From an uncultured Myxococcales bacterium (GTDB lineage Bacteria > Myxococcota_A > Polyangia > Haliangiales > Haliangiaceae): 50,686 nt of DNA. This document shows positions 13,171 to 22,993 of this stretch, piece by piece. The position numbers and the translations under genes are program-made. The stretch is taken from the NCBI GenBank assembly GCA_938004865.1, contig CALKVT010000150.1:1-50686 (forward strand). The letters run 5' to 3'. A model generated the notes under the pieces. That model had not been told where the DNA came from. It searched no databases and worked only from the letters and a program-made list of their open reading frames with translations. Numbering within the stretch: the first letter of the stretch is position 1; each line of letters starts with the position of its first letter.

Positions 13171-14703
13171 ATGCGCGCGTACTTGTTGATGCACGCCACG
13201 GTCGTCGTCGCGCTCGGATGCGGGGGCCAGGCGACACCTCGGGTCGCACCGCCGGGCGCGGACGAGCCCAAGCTCGATGTTCCGGTGCCATGGATCGACA
13301 GCGAGGGCTTCTACCCGCGCGGCGTGGCGCCGGTCACGCCGCCGCTGGCGGCCTCGCTCGAGAACCCGCGGGCGACGACGATCGCGATCCGGGGGGCCAC
13401 GATCCTGACCGCGACCGGCAAGACGATCGAGCGCGGTGTCATCGTGCTCGAGCGCGGCGCGATCACGCAGGTCGGCGGGCCCGGGACGGAGGTGCCGTTC
13501 GGCGCCCGCGTCGTCGACGGCGCCGGCAAGTTCGTCACGCCGGGGATCATCGACACCCACTCGCACATCGGCGTCTACGCAGCGCCGGCGAGCCGCGCGC
13601 ACGCCGACGGCAACGAGTCGGTCGCGCCGGTCACGGCGCAGGCGCGGGCCGAGTACGGCTACTGGCCGCAGGACCCGCAGATCGAGCGCGCCGCCGCAGG
13701 TGGGGTGACCGCGGCGCTGATCCTGCCAGGCTCGGCCAACCTCGTCGGCGGGCGCGGCTTCACCGTCGCCATGCGCGCCGGACGGACCGCCGGGGAGGTC
13801 GCGTTCCCGGGCGCGCCGCCGACGGTGAAGATGGCGTGCGGCGAGAACCCCAAGCGCAACTATGGCGACAAGGGTGGCCCCGCGACCCGCATGGGTGAGT
13901 ACGCGGCCTTTCGCGCCGCCTTCCACGAGGCGGCGGCGTACGCCGCCAAGCGTGCGTCCTACGCCAGCGCCCGCGCGCGCTGGGAGGAGCGGCGCCGGCG
14001 CGCGGCCGAGCTCGACCAGCGCGCCGGCGGGAAGGGCAAGCCCATCCCCGGCGAGGCGGCGCCCGAGCCGGTGCCCGTCGATCTCAAGCTCGAGACGCTG
14101 GCGGCGGTCCTGCGCGGCGAGGTGCTGGTGCAGGTGCACTGCTACCGCGCCGACGAGATGGCGAACATGATGGCGATCGCGCGCGAGATGGGCTTCCGCA
14201 TCCGCTCGTTCCACCACGCGCTCGAGGCGTACAAGATCCGCGACCTGCTCGCGGCCGAGGGGATCGCGATCAACACGTGGGCCGACTGGTGGGGATTCAA
14301 GCTCGAGGCGTACGACGGCATCCCCGAGAACGCGGCGCTCGTGACCGCGCAGGGCGGGCGCGCGACGATCCACTCGGACTCGGCGATCGGGATCCAGCGG
14401 CTCAACCAGGAGGCGGCCAAGGCGATGGCGGCGGGGCGGCGGGCCGGGCTCGCCGTCGACGAGCACACGGCGCTGCGCTGGATCACCGCGGACGCGGCCT
14501 GGGTGCTCGGCATCGACACGGTGACCGGGACGCTCGAGCCCGGCAAGCGCGCCGACGTGGTGCTGTGGAGCGCGTCGCCGTTCTCGGTCTACGCCAGACC
14601 CGAGCTGGTGGTCGCGGGCGGCGAGGTGACCTACGAGCGCAGCGCCGGGTTGCGGCCCGCCGACTACGAGCTCGGGATCTCGACCGACGGGGGTGCCCGG
14701 TGA
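13171..14703 (+). CDS. Amidohydrolase family protein (metal-dependent hydrolase), lipoprotein signal
   Basis: HxH metal motif GIIDTHSHIG. Amidohydrolase fold. N-terminal MRAYLLMHATVVVALGCGG lipobox. Confidence 0.75.
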   Translation: MRAYLLMHATVVVALGCGGQATPRVAPPGADEPKLDVPVPWIDSEGFYPRGVAPVTPPLAASLENPRATTIAIRGATILTATGKTIERGVIVLERGAITQVGGPGTEVPFGARVVDGAGKFVTPGIIDTHSHIGVYAAPASRAHADGNESVAPVTAQARAEYGYWPQDPQIERAAAGGVTAALILPGSANLVGGRGFTVAMRAGRTAGEVAFPGAPPTVKMACGENPKRNYGDKGGPATRMGEYAAFRAAFHEAAAYAAKRASYASARARWEERRRRAAELDQRAGGKGKPIPGEAAPEPVPVDLKLETLAAVLRGEVLVQVHCYRADEMANMMAIAREMGFRIRSFHHALEAYKIRDLLAAEGIAINTWADWWGFKLEAYDGIPENAALVTAQGGRATIHSDSAIGIQRLNQEAAKAMAAGRRAGLAVDEHTALRWITADAAWVLGIDTVTGTLEPGKRADVVLWSASPFSVYARPELVVAGGEVTYERSAGLRPADYELGISTDGGAR

Positions 14704-15965
14704 GCCGCGCGTGGCTGGTGGCGGCGGCGCTGGTGATCGCGAGCACGGGGACCGCGGCGGCCGAGCGGATCGCCATCGTCGGCGCGAAGGTGCACGTCAA
14801 GCCGGGGCAGACGCTCGAGACCGCGACGGTCGTCATCGACGGCGGCAGGGTCGTGTCGGTGACGGCCGGCAGCGCGACGCCCGCCGGGGCGCGCGTGATC
14901 GACGGCAAGGGCAAGGTCGTGACCGCCGGCTTGATCGAGTCGATCTCCGGCGTCGGCCTCGTCGGCGTGATCCAGGAGCACGGCGCCAACGACGGCCAGC
15001 TCGGCGCGCGCGACGAGGTGCATGCCGATCCGGTCCATGCGGCCTACGACGCGCGCGACGGCTTCGACCCCAGCGGCGTCACCGTGCCCATCGCGCGCTC
15101 GGGCGGGATCACCACGGTCGTCGCCGCGCCGAGCGGCGGGCTCATCGCGGGCCGCGCCGCGGTGTTCACGCTCGACGGGGCGAGCGAACCCGTCGCCGCG
15201 GCGGCGTCGATGCACGCGCAGCTCGGCTCCCAGGGCGGCGGCGCCGTCGGTGGCTCGCGCGGCCGCGCGATCGAGCTCCTGCGCGAGGTGCTGGACGACG
15301 CGCGGGTCTTCGGCCGCGATCGCGCTGCCTACGAGCGCAACGCCAAGCGCGACATGATCGCGGATCGCCTCGACCTGGAGGCGCTGCAGCCGGTGCTGCG
15401 CGGCGCCGCGCCGCTCGTCGTGAGCGCGCACGCCGAGGCCGACATCCGCGCGGCCCTGCGGATCGCGCGCGACTACCGCCTGCGGCTGGTCATCGCCGGC
15501 GGCACCGAGGCCTGGCGGGTCGCCGCCGAGCTGGCGAAGGCGCGCGTGCCGGTGGTGCTCGATCCGACCGACAACCTGCCGCGCATGCTCGAGGCGTCCC
15601 ACGTGCACGAGGCGCGCGCCAAGCTCCTCGCCGACGCCGGCGTGCCGGTGGCGGTGTCGACCCTGGGCAACGGCCTCCAGGCGCGCACGCTGCGCCAGCT
15701 CGCCGGCGTCGCGGTCGGCGACGGCCTCTCCTGGGATCAGGCGCTCGCGTCGGTCACGACCGTGCCGGCGGCGATGCACGGCCTCGCCGGCCGCGGCACC
15801 GTCGAGAAGGGCGCGATCGCCGACGTCGTGGTGTGGAGCGGTGATCCGCTCGAGGTGATGACCGCGGCCGAGGTCGTGATCATCGGCGGCGTCGTCCAGC
15901 CGATGACCAGCCACCAGACGCTGCTCCTCGATCGCTACCGGACGCTGCCGGGCGCGGCCCGCTGA
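14700..15965 (+). CDS. Amidohydrolase-like protein (paired partner, degenerate metal site), secreted
   Basis: GTG start overlapping the upstream stop (GTGA). Signal peptide WLVAAALVIASTGTAAA. Amidohydrolase-like fold lacking HxH. This paired arrangement is common. Confidence 0.65.
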   Translation: MSRAWLVAAALVIASTGTAAAERIAIVGAKVHVKPGQTLETATVVIDGGRVVSVTAGSATPAGARVIDGKGKVVTAGLIESISGVGLVGVIQEHGANDGQLGARDEVHADPVHAAYDARDGFDPSGVTVPIARSGGITTVVAAPSGGLIAGRAAVFTLDGASEPVAAAASMHAQLGSQGGGAVGGSRGRAIELLREVLDDARVFGRDRAAYERNAKRDMIADRLDLEALQPVLRGAAPLVVSAHAEADIRAALRIARDYRLRLVIAGGTEAWRVAAELAKARVPVVLDPTDNLPRMLEASHVHEARAKLLADAGVPVAVSTLGNGLQARTLRQLAGVAVGDGLSWDQALASVTTVPAAMHGLAGRGTVEKGAIADVVVWSGDPLEVMTAAEVVIIGGVVQPMTSHQTLLLDRYRTLPGAAR

Positions 15966-15968
15966 CGC

Positions 15969-16790
15969 TCACCAGCGCATCGCGACGCCGACGGAGGTCG
16001 GCGACACCAGCGGCGTGATCTCGGTCCGTCGGGTGTGGACGAAGCCGGGGATGGCGTAGCCGATCCCCGCGCCGACCAGCCAGCCGATGAGGATGTCGCT
16101 CGACCAGTGCTTGTCGGCGGCGACGCGCAGGTACCCGGTGGTGAGCGAGAGCGCGACGCCGCCGCCGTAGATCGCCCTCGCGTGCCGGTAGCCGCGCAGC
16201 GACGCGACCGTGCCGGCGGAGACGGCGAGGCTCATCGTCAGGGTCGAGTGCCCCGAGTAGAACGACTGGTTGTTGTCCTGCGGGTGGTCGGTGCTCGCCT
16301 TCTGGTCGGGGGGGAGCTGGTAGACGAACGGCCGCTCGCGCGCGACCACCGCCTTGATGACGTAGTTGAAGATGCCGGCGACCGCCGCCGACTCGGCGAC
16401 GATGAGCCCGTCGTCGAACCAGTTGGCGCGGCGGCCGTCGAGGTGCGCGACGAGGCCGACGCCGGCGAGCGCGAAGACCGGCGCCGTGAAGAAGCCCGTG
16501 GCGTCGCTGAGCGTGTCGGCGCGACCGGTGTCGTCCCAGACGAGCCCGGAGCGGATGCCGTCGTCGAACCCGACCGGGCCGCACCAGCGACAGGTGTCCT
16601 TGGAGAGCGGCGCCTTGAACGGCGCCTCGGCGAGGAAGTAGGCGACGCCCAGGCCGAGGGTCAGCGGCACGTGGATCCGGCGGTCGGGATCCTTCAGCCG
16701 GTCCTCGGCGCGCGCGTCGCGCGCCGCCGTCGCGACCACGAGCGCGGCGGCCACCCCCAGGCACACGGTCCAGCGCGACACGTCGATCAT
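15969..16790 (-). CDS. PAP2 (type 2 phosphatidic acid phosphatase) family membrane phosphatase
   Basis: PAP2 motifs KAVVARERP, SFYSGHS, SLRGYRHARAIYGG...DKHWSSD. Signal/TM N-terminus. Confidence 0.8.
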   Translation of the reverse strand: MIDVSRWTVCLGVAAALVVATAARDARAEDRLKDPDRRIHVPLTLGLGVAYFLAEAPFKAPLSKDTCRWCGPVGFDDGIRSGLVWDDTGRADTLSDATGFFTAPVFALAGVGLVAHLDGRRANWFDDGLIVAESAAVAGIFNYVIKAVVARERPFVYQLPPDQKASTDHPQDNNQSFYSGHSTLTMSLAVSAGTVASLRGYRHARAIYGGGVALSLTTGYLRVAADKHWSSDILIGWLVGAGIGYAIPGFVHTRRTEITPLVSPTSVGVAMRW

Positions 16791-16877
16791 CGTAACGCAG
16801 GCGCCGCGCCGCCGTCAGTCGTCTGACGAGCCCGAAGCGCCTCGTGCTCGAGATCGCTTGATTCGCGGTGCTCGAGC

Positions 16878-17486
16878 TCATGGGAGACATCGGCAGAGCA
16901 CGATGCTGACGTCATCCTGGAGGTCGCCGCTCGGGAGGCGAACGAGGTCGGCGAGCGCGCGTGTTGCCACGGCGAGGTCAGTACCGTTCGCGATGTGTGC
17001 GATGTGTTGCGGCTTCGCGTAGCGCAGCAAGCCATCCGAGGCGACCAGGAGCGTGCGGTCGCCGAGGGGCGGTGCCGTCACGCGGAAGGGGTTGCAGCCG
17101 TCGCCGACCAGCGGCTTTCGAGCCTGGCCGTCGGTGAGGTCGAGAATGCTGGATCCGGCGATCATCCACGCGCCCGAATCACCTACGCTCGCGCCGATGA
17201 GTCCGGAGGCGGTGACCGAGAGGATGACCGCCGTACTTTGTCCTCCGGCCAGGCGCTTCCCGTCCTGATCGAGGCCTGCAAGGAGCGCGGACCAGTCGAC
17301 GTCAGGGCTGGCCGCGCCAGCGGCGTCGATGATCGCCTGCGCTGCCGCGGCGCCGTTCCGGGTGCCGCCTGCGCCATCGGCGAGCGCGACCACGATTCCG
17401 TCGTCGCGCTCGAACACGCGGGCGAGATCCTGCCCGGATCCGCGGGCCGCGGCGACCTCGACGACGTGCGCGAACCGACTCGACAT
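16878..17486 (-). CDS. PP2C-family serine/threonine phosphatase (small, SpoIIE-like)
   Basis: ALADGAGG, VGDSG, LLVASDGL metal-binding Asp motifs typical of the PPM family. 202 aa. Confidence 0.6.
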   Translation of the reverse strand: MSSRFAHVVEVAAARGSGQDLARVFERDDGIVVALADGAGGTRNGAAAAQAIIDAAGAASPDVDWSALLAGLDQDGKRLAGGQSTAVILSVTASGLIGASVGDSGAWMIAGSSILDLTDGQARKPLVGDGCNPFRVTAPPLGDRTLLVASDGLLRYAKPQHIAHIANGTDLAVATRALADLVRLPSGDLQDDVSIVLCRCLP

Positions 17487-17547
17487 GACCGTCAGGGTCG
17501 CGCAGAAAGCACCCCCGAGGGAACATCGCCGGGCCGACAGGCGCTGG

Positions 17548-18942
17548 TTATCGCTTCGGCACCAGGCCGTACTTCTTCAGCTTGTCGACGAGGGTGACGC
17601 GGCTCGTGCCCAGGCGGCGCGCGGCCTCGCTCTGGTTGCCGCCGGTGGCGGCGAGCATGCGCGCGACCACGCCGCGCTCGAACGCCTCGACCTGCTCCTT
17701 GAGCGACGGGCCGAGGGGCTCGTTCGCGCCCGCGGGCTCGCCGCGCTCGCCGCGCTCGACGTCCTCGGGCGCGGGCTCGGGCTCCGGCGTCGGCGCGGGC
17801 TGCTCCGTCCAGTCGACGAGGCGCAGCGTGGCGCCGGTGGAGAGCGCCGCCAGCCGCGCGATCACGTTCTCGAGCTGGCGCACGTTGCCGGGCCAGGGCG
17901 CGGCGACGAGCGCCTCGACGAGCGCGGGCTCGAGGGTGAGCGGGCCGGTGCCGAACTTGTCGCCGTAGCGGCGCGCCATCTCGGCCGCCAGCGCGGGGAC
18001 GTCGTCGCGTCGATCGCGCAGCGGCGGCACCACGAGCTCGACGACGGCGAGGCGGTAGTAGAGGTCCTCGCGGAACGTGCCCGCGCGCGCCTCGGCGGCG
18101 AGGTCGCGGTTGGTCGACGCGACGACGCGCACGTCGACCTTGTCGATCTTGCCCGAGCCGACCGGCTGGATCTCCCCTTCCTGCAGGGCGCGCAGGAGCT
18201 TGGCCTGCACCGCGAGCGGCAGCTCGCCGACCTCGTCGAGGACGAGGGTGCCGCCGTCGGCCTCGGCGAAGAAGCCGGCGCGCGCGCTGGTCGCGCCGGT
18301 GAAGGCGCCGCGGGTGTGCCCGAACAGCTCGGCCTCGGCGAGGTCCGCCGGGATCGCCGCGCAGTTGAAGCGCACGAGCGGGCCAGACGCGCGCCTCGAC
18401 TGCGCGTGCAGGAGCTGGGCGATGAACTCCTTGCCGGTGCCGGTCTCGCCGCGCACGAGGACGGTCACGTCGCGCGTCGCGACGCGCGCGGTGGCGTCGA
18501 GCAGGCGCCGCATCACCGGGCTGTCGCCGACGATGCGGCGGCCGAGCGCATGCTCGACCGCGAGGCGGCGGTTGGCGACGCGCAGGTGGCGAGCCTCGAG
18601 CGCGCGCTCGATCACGACCGCGACCTCGTCGATGTCGAACGGCTTGGTCAGGTAGTCGTAGGCGCCGGCCTTCACCGCGGCCACGGCGACGCGCTCGGAG
18701 CCGTGCGCGGTCAGGAGGATGATGGGCAGCGCGGCGTCGCGCGCGGCGATCGCGGCGATGAGCTCGAGGCCCGACATGCCCGGCATCTGCAGATCGGTGA
18801 TCACGACCTCGGCGTCGTCGAGCCGGGTCAAGGCCTCGGCGCCCGAGCTGGCGGTCACCACCGTGTGACCGCGATCGACCAGGACCTCCCGCAGCGTGAA
18901 GAGGACCCCCGGCTCGTCGTCGACGAGGAGCACGTTGCTCAT
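17548..18942 (-). CDS. Sigma-54-dependent Fis-family response regulator (NtrC-like): REC + AAA+ sigma-54 activator + HTH
   Basis: Receiver domain LLVDDEP...D. AAA+ GETGTGKE. GAFTGA sigma-54 contact motif. ESELFGH-type motif (AEAELFGH). C-terminal Fis HTH. Confidence 0.9.
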   Translation of the reverse strand: MSNVLLVDDEPGVLFTLREVLVDRGHTVVTASSGAEALTRLDDAEVVITDLQMPGMSGLELIAAIAARDAALPIILLTAHGSERVAVAAVKAGAYDYLTKPFDIDEVAVVIERALEARHLRVANRRLAVEHALGRRIVGDSPVMRRLLDATARVATRDVTVLVRGETGTGKEFIAQLLHAQSRRASGPLVRFNCAAIPADLAEAELFGHTRGAFTGATSARAGFFAEADGGTLVLDEVGELPLAVQAKLLRALQEGEIQPVGSGKIDKVDVRVVASTNRDLAAEARAGTFREDLYYRLAVVELVVPPLRDRRDDVPALAAEMARRYGDKFGTGPLTLEPALVEALVAAPWPGNVRQLENVIARLAALSTGATLRLVDWTEQPAPTPEPEPAPEDVERGERGEPAGANEPLGPSLKEQVEAFERGVVARMLAATGGNQSEAARRLGTSRVTLVDKLKKYGLVPKR

Positions 18943-18949
18943 GGGGCGC

Positions 18950-20341
18950 TCATGCGGCGGGCTCGACGGACGCGGCGGTCGAGGTGGTGAGGACGTCGGC
19001 GACGGCCGTCGGCGACGGACGCGCGGGCACGCGGATCGTCACGGTGGTGCCGCGGCCGAGCACGCTCGCGTAGTGCATCGTGCCGCCGTGCTGGGCGACG
19101 ACGGTCGTGGCGAGCACGACGCCCAGCCCGGTGCCGCCCTCGCGCGTCGTGAAGTAGCTCGTGCCGAGCCGCACGAGGTCGTCGGGCCTGATGCCGCGGC
19201 CGCTGTCCTGGATCTCGACGTTCGCGCCGCCGCCGCCGTTCGCGGGGCCGACCGACACGCGGATCGTCCCGCCCGCCGGCGTGGCCTCGACGGCGTTCGA
19301 CAGGACGTTGAGCAGCGCCTCCTTGAGCCGGCGCGGATCGCCCTCGATCGGCGTGTGGCGGCTGTCGACGTGGAGCGAGATGCGTCCGCTCTCCATGCGG
19401 CCGGCGACGGCCGCGAGCGCGGAGCCGGTGACCTCGGCGAGATCGAGCGCCTGCGGCCGCAGGTCCTCGAGCGGCCGCGAGAAGGAGAGGTACTCGGCGA
19501 GGATCGCCTCCATGCGCGCGATCTCGGCCTGCATCACCTCGAGGCGCTCCTTGGTGCGCGGCGCCTCGGGCGCGCGCGAGACCAGCTGCACGAGGCCCTT
19601 GATCGATGCCAGCGGGTTCTTGAGCTCGTGCGCGACCTTGGCGCCGACCGCCTGCAGGCGGCCGGCGTGCTCGGCGGCGGCCGCGACGCGCTCCTCGTTG
19701 AGCACGTCGACCGCGCACGCCGCGTCCTGGGTGGCCGCCAGCACGCGGGTGATGAAGTTGGTGACGATCGCGATCGTCCAGCCGAACGAGACGATCGCCG
19801 CGGCGACGAAGTGATCGTGCGGCAGGGCGGGGCCGAGCCAGCTCGTCGGCAGGAGCGCGACGAGCGAGAAGAGGACGAGCATCGACGCCGTGAGCCAGCG
19901 GGTCGCCGGCTGGGTCCCGAAGAAGACGACCGGCACCACGGAGGCCGTGCCGAGCGCCGGCAGCATCGGGCTGCGCAGCCCGCCGGTCACGGCGACGAAG
20001 GTGACGAGGTACACCTGAGCGAGGCCGTGCATCATGAAGGCCGCGGCCTCCATGCGCGTCTTGTCGCGCGACACCACGTGCAGCACGCCGAACTGCGCGA
20101 GCACGAGCGTGGCCCACGCGACGAACGAGGTGAGCACGCGCCACGTCGGATAGTCCGCGTGCAAGAGCACCGCCGAGATGAGCCCCATCGAGACGAGCCC
20201 GCACGACGCCATGAAGACGACGTTCTGGCGTCCCGTCGCCATGATCAGCTCAGTCCGCGTGCCACGCCACACGGCCGCCCGCTCTGCGAGCGCCGGGCCA
20301 ACCTTGGCCGGCGGTTCGGGCGAAGGCGGTTCCGCAGACAT
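18950..20341 (-). CDS. Sensor histidine kinase (membrane-embedded N-terminal domain, HisKA, HATPase_c)
   Basis: H-box AHELKNPLASIKGL. N/G boxes (LSNAVEAT, DSGRGI, GGTGLGV). 5-6 N-terminal TM helices. Directly upstream of the response regulator (8-nt gap). Confidence 0.85.
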   Translation of the reverse strand: MSAEPPSPEPPAKVGPALAERAAVWRGTRTELIMATGRQNVVFMASCGLVSMGLISAVLLHADYPTWRVLTSFVAWATLVLAQFGVLHVVSRDKTRMEAAAFMMHGLAQVYLVTFVAVTGGLRSPMLPALGTASVVPVVFFGTQPATRWLTASMLVLFSLVALLPTSWLGPALPHDHFVAAAIVSFGWTIAIVTNFITRVLAATQDAACAVDVLNEERVAAAAEHAGRLQAVGAKVAHELKNPLASIKGLVQLVSRAPEAPRTKERLEVMQAEIARMEAILAEYLSFSRPLEDLRPQALDLAEVTGSALAAVAGRMESGRISLHVDSRHTPIEGDPRRLKEALLNVLSNAVEATPAGGTIRVSVGPANGGGGANVEIQDSGRGIRPDDLVRLGTSYFTTREGGTGLGVVLATTVVAQHGGTMHYASVLGRGTTVTIRVPARPSPTAVADVLTTSTAASVEPAA

Positions 20342-20485
20342 GCGTACATCCTATCGCGCGCTCCGCCGGTCGGCGGACCGTCACCCGTAAGGTGAACCGT
20401 CGATGGCTGTAAGGAGAACCGACAGGCGGTCACGGCCGAGGCGCGTGGGTGATCGTAACTGCGCGCTTTTCGTGGGGGACTTCCA

Positions 20486-20501
20486 TGGCATGGGCGCTGC
20501 T
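20486..20501 (+). promoter_or_regulatory. Weak candidate sigma-54 promoter TGGCAtgggcgcTGCtt between the HK/RR operon and tolC
   Basis: -24 TGGCAT and -12 cTGC with consensus spacing. Problem: it lies only ~15 nt from the annotated tolC ATG (20516), so either the real start is downstream (ATG 20537) or this is fortuitous. Confidence 0.2.
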
Positions 20502-20515
20502 TGGAGAACCAGCCC

Positions 20516-21880
20516 ATGCGTTCGTATCTCCCGGCGATGGTCCTGGCTGGTCTGGCCGGAACCGCGGCTGCGCAGCCCGCGGCCGCGACCAAGCCGACGT
20601 TCGACGAGGAGCTCGGCGCGCTGCTCGCCCGACCGGGTGGCCTGACGGCGGACGCTGCCGCGGCGCGCGCCGTCGCCGCCAGCCCGGCGGTGAAGCGCAA
20701 GCTCGCCGAGTCGGCCGCCGCGAAGGCCGGCCTCGACGACTTCAAGTACTCGCTCGTGCCGATCACGACCCTGACCGCCGGGTACACGCGGCTGTCGAAG
20801 ATCGAGGTCCCGGAGATCGCACCCGGCTTCTCGTTCCCGGTCTTCTTCAACTCGTACCATCTCGGCGCCGAGGTCGCGATCCCCGTCACCGACCTCACGC
20901 TGCGCCTGCCGCACCTCAAGAAGGCGACCGAGCACGGCGTCGCCGCCGCCCAGAGCGGCAGGCGATCGGCGGAGCTCGCGGCCGCGGTCGACGCCCGCGT
21001 CGCCTACTACGAGTGGGTCCGCGCCGAGCTCCAGATCGTCGTCGCGACCCGTCTCCTCGAGCAGGTGCGGGCCAACCTCGGCCAGATCCGCGCGCTCGCC
21101 GAGGTGAGCCGCGTCTCGCGCGCCGACGTGCTGCGGCTCGAGGCCCAGGAGGCGCAGGTGGAGCTGGGGCTGGCCCAGGTGACCGAGCTGGCCGGCCTGC
21201 GCGCCGAGCAGCTGCGGTTCGCGATCGGCGCGGCGCCCGACGAGGCGCTGGCGATCGGCGAGGACGTGCGCGAGGTCGGCGCCGAGCGCGAGGTCCCGCC
21301 GGCGGCCGAGCTCACGCGGACCGCGCTCGGCAAGCGCGGCGAATTCGTCGCGCTTCGCGAGGCCAGGAAGGCCGTCGAGCAGCAGCGGGCGGCGGCGAAG
21401 ATCGATCGCCTGCCCCGGCTCAACGTCTTCGCCCAGGGTGTCTACGACAACCCGAACCAGCGCGTCTTCCCCTCGGAGGACAAGTTCAACTTCACGTGGG
21501 CCGCGGGCGCGTCGGTCTCGTGGTCGCTCAACGACTACCTGCACGCCGGGCCCCACGACGTGAAGTGGCAGGCCGAGCTCCGCCAGCTCGACGCCGACCT
21601 CCAGACCCTCGAGCTCGGCGTGCGCGCCCAGGTCACCGCGGCGCGCCAGGGCGTCGTCCTCGCCGATCACGCGTACGCGGCGACCCGCCGCGGCCTCGCC
21701 GCCGCCGAGGAGAGCCACCGCGTCCGCCAGGAGCTGCTCGCCGCCGAGCGCGCGACGGCGATCGAGCTGATCGACGCCGAGACCGAGCTCACCCGCGCCC
21801 GCATCGCTGCCATCGACGCGCTGATCGATCGCCGGATCGCCCGCGCGCGCCTCGCGAACGTCATCGGAGAAGATCAATGA
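20516..21880 (+). CDS. TolC-family outer membrane efflux protein
   Basis: Signal peptide MRSYLPAMVLAGLAGTAAAQ. Two OEP repeats with coiled-coil segments. GGAGAA RBS. Confidence 0.8.
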   Translation: MRSYLPAMVLAGLAGTAAAQPAAATKPTFDEELGALLARPGGLTADAAAARAVAASPAVKRKLAESAAAKAGLDDFKYSLVPITTLTAGYTRLSKIEVPEIAPGFSFPVFFNSYHLGAEVAIPVTDLTLRLPHLKKATEHGVAAAQSGRRSAELAAAVDARVAYYEWVRAELQIVVATRLLEQVRANLGQIRALAEVSRVSRADVLRLEAQEAQVELGLAQVTELAGLRAEQLRFAIGAAPDEALAIGEDVREVGAEREVPPAAELTRTALGKRGEFVALREARKAVEQQRAAAKIDRLPRLNVFAQGVYDNPNQRVFPSEDKFNFTWAAGASVSWSLNDYLHAGPHDVKWQAELRQLDADLQTLELGVRAQVTAARQGVVLADHAYAATRRGLAAAEESHRVRQELLAAERATAIELIDAETELTRARIAAIDALIDRRIARARLANVIGEDQ

Positions 21881-22965
21881 ACCAGCCGTCGACTCGTTAC
21901 CTCCTCGCCGCCGGCGTCGTGGGCCTCACCGGCCTCGTCGCGCTGGGGGGCTGTGGCCGCTCCGACGCGAAGAGCACGGACGCGAAGGCCGCCGAGCCGA
22001 TCGTGCAGGTGCCCCTGCACCAGGTGGTGGCGATGCCGGCGCCCGAGCGCCTCACCCTCACCGGCACGGTGATGGCGAAGGAGAGCTCCGACGTGACGGC
22101 CTCGGTCCCGGGCAAGGTGCTCGCGGTCCTGGTCGACCGCGGCTCGCGCGTGAAGTTCGGTGACCCGCTGCTCCGGCTCGACGCGTCCAGCGCGACCCTG
22201 TCGGCGCAGTCGATCCGCGCGCAGCTCGGCGCGGCCGAGGCGCAGGAGAAGCTGGCCAACGACGAGTGCAAGCGCTCGCAGCAGCTCCTCGACAAGGGCG
22301 CGATCACCCGCTCGCAGTACGAGCGCGAGATGACGAGCTGCACCGCGGCCGCGAAGAACGTGGCGGCGACGCGCGCGCAGCTCCAGCTCGCGTCGAAGTC
22401 GGTCGCGGACGGCATCGTGCGCGCCCCGTTCGAGGGCGTCATCTCCAACCGCATGATCTCGCCGGGTGAGTGGGTCGGTCCCGGGGTTCCCCTGGTCACC
22501 CTCGTCGACGACGATCCGCTGCGGGTCGATCTCAGCGTCCCCGAGGTCTGGGTGCCGCGGGTGAAGGTGGGGCAGGACGTGTCGGTGGCGGCGGTCGCCT
22601 ATCCCGGTGAGCGCTTTCCGGCGAAGATCACCCGGCTCGGCTCCGAGATCGGCCGGATGAACCGCGCGCTCGTCGCCGAGGCCGAGCTCGGTGCCGGGAC
22701 GCCGCTGGTCCCGGGCATGTTCGCCGAGGCGTCGATCACGGTCGGCACCACGCCGATGCCGGTGGTGCCGAAGTCGGCGGTGGTCCGGCGCGGCAACACG
22801 TGGCGCCTGTTCGCGGTGAGCAAGGGCCACCTCGAGGAGCGCGTGGTGCAGCTCGGTCCCGAGCTGCCCGGTGACCTCGTCGCGGTGGCGCGCGGCGTCG
22901 AGGCCGGCGAGAAGGTCGCGGCCAGGATCGACGAGCAGGTCGTCGACGGCGTGAAGGTCGAATAA
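21877..22965 (+). CDS. Efflux RND periplasmic adaptor subunit (HlyD/MFP family), lipoprotein
   Basis: ATGA overlap with the tolC stop. Lipobox LVALGGCG. Biotinyl/lipoyl-like and beta-barrel MFP domains. Confidence 0.8.
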   Translation: MNQPSTRYLLAAGVVGLTGLVALGGCGRSDAKSTDAKAAEPIVQVPLHQVVAMPAPERLTLTGTVMAKESSDVTASVPGKVLAVLVDRGSRVKFGDPLLRLDASSATLSAQSIRAQLGAAEAQEKLANDECKRSQQLLDKGAITRSQYEREMTSCTAAAKNVAATRAQLQLASKSVADGIVRAPFEGVISNRMISPGEWVGPGVPLVTLVDDDPLRVDLSVPEVWVPRVKVGQDVSVAAVAYPGERFPAKITRLGSEIGRMNRALVAEAELGAGTPLVPGMFAEASITVGTTPMPVVPKSAVVRRGNTWRLFAVSKGHLEERVVQLGPELPGDLVAVARGVEAGEKVAARIDEQVVDGVKVE

Positions 22966-22993
22966 CGGCAGCGACGCACGGAAGGAGCACCCC

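Noticed and set aside
20501-20515. ORF-track start (MENQPM...) for tolC
   Set aside because: The signal peptide begins at the Met at 20516, which has a GGAGAA RBS at the correct spacing. The upstream extension is short and unsupported. This start does conflict with the putative sigma-54 site 20486-20501, which is flagged as weak.
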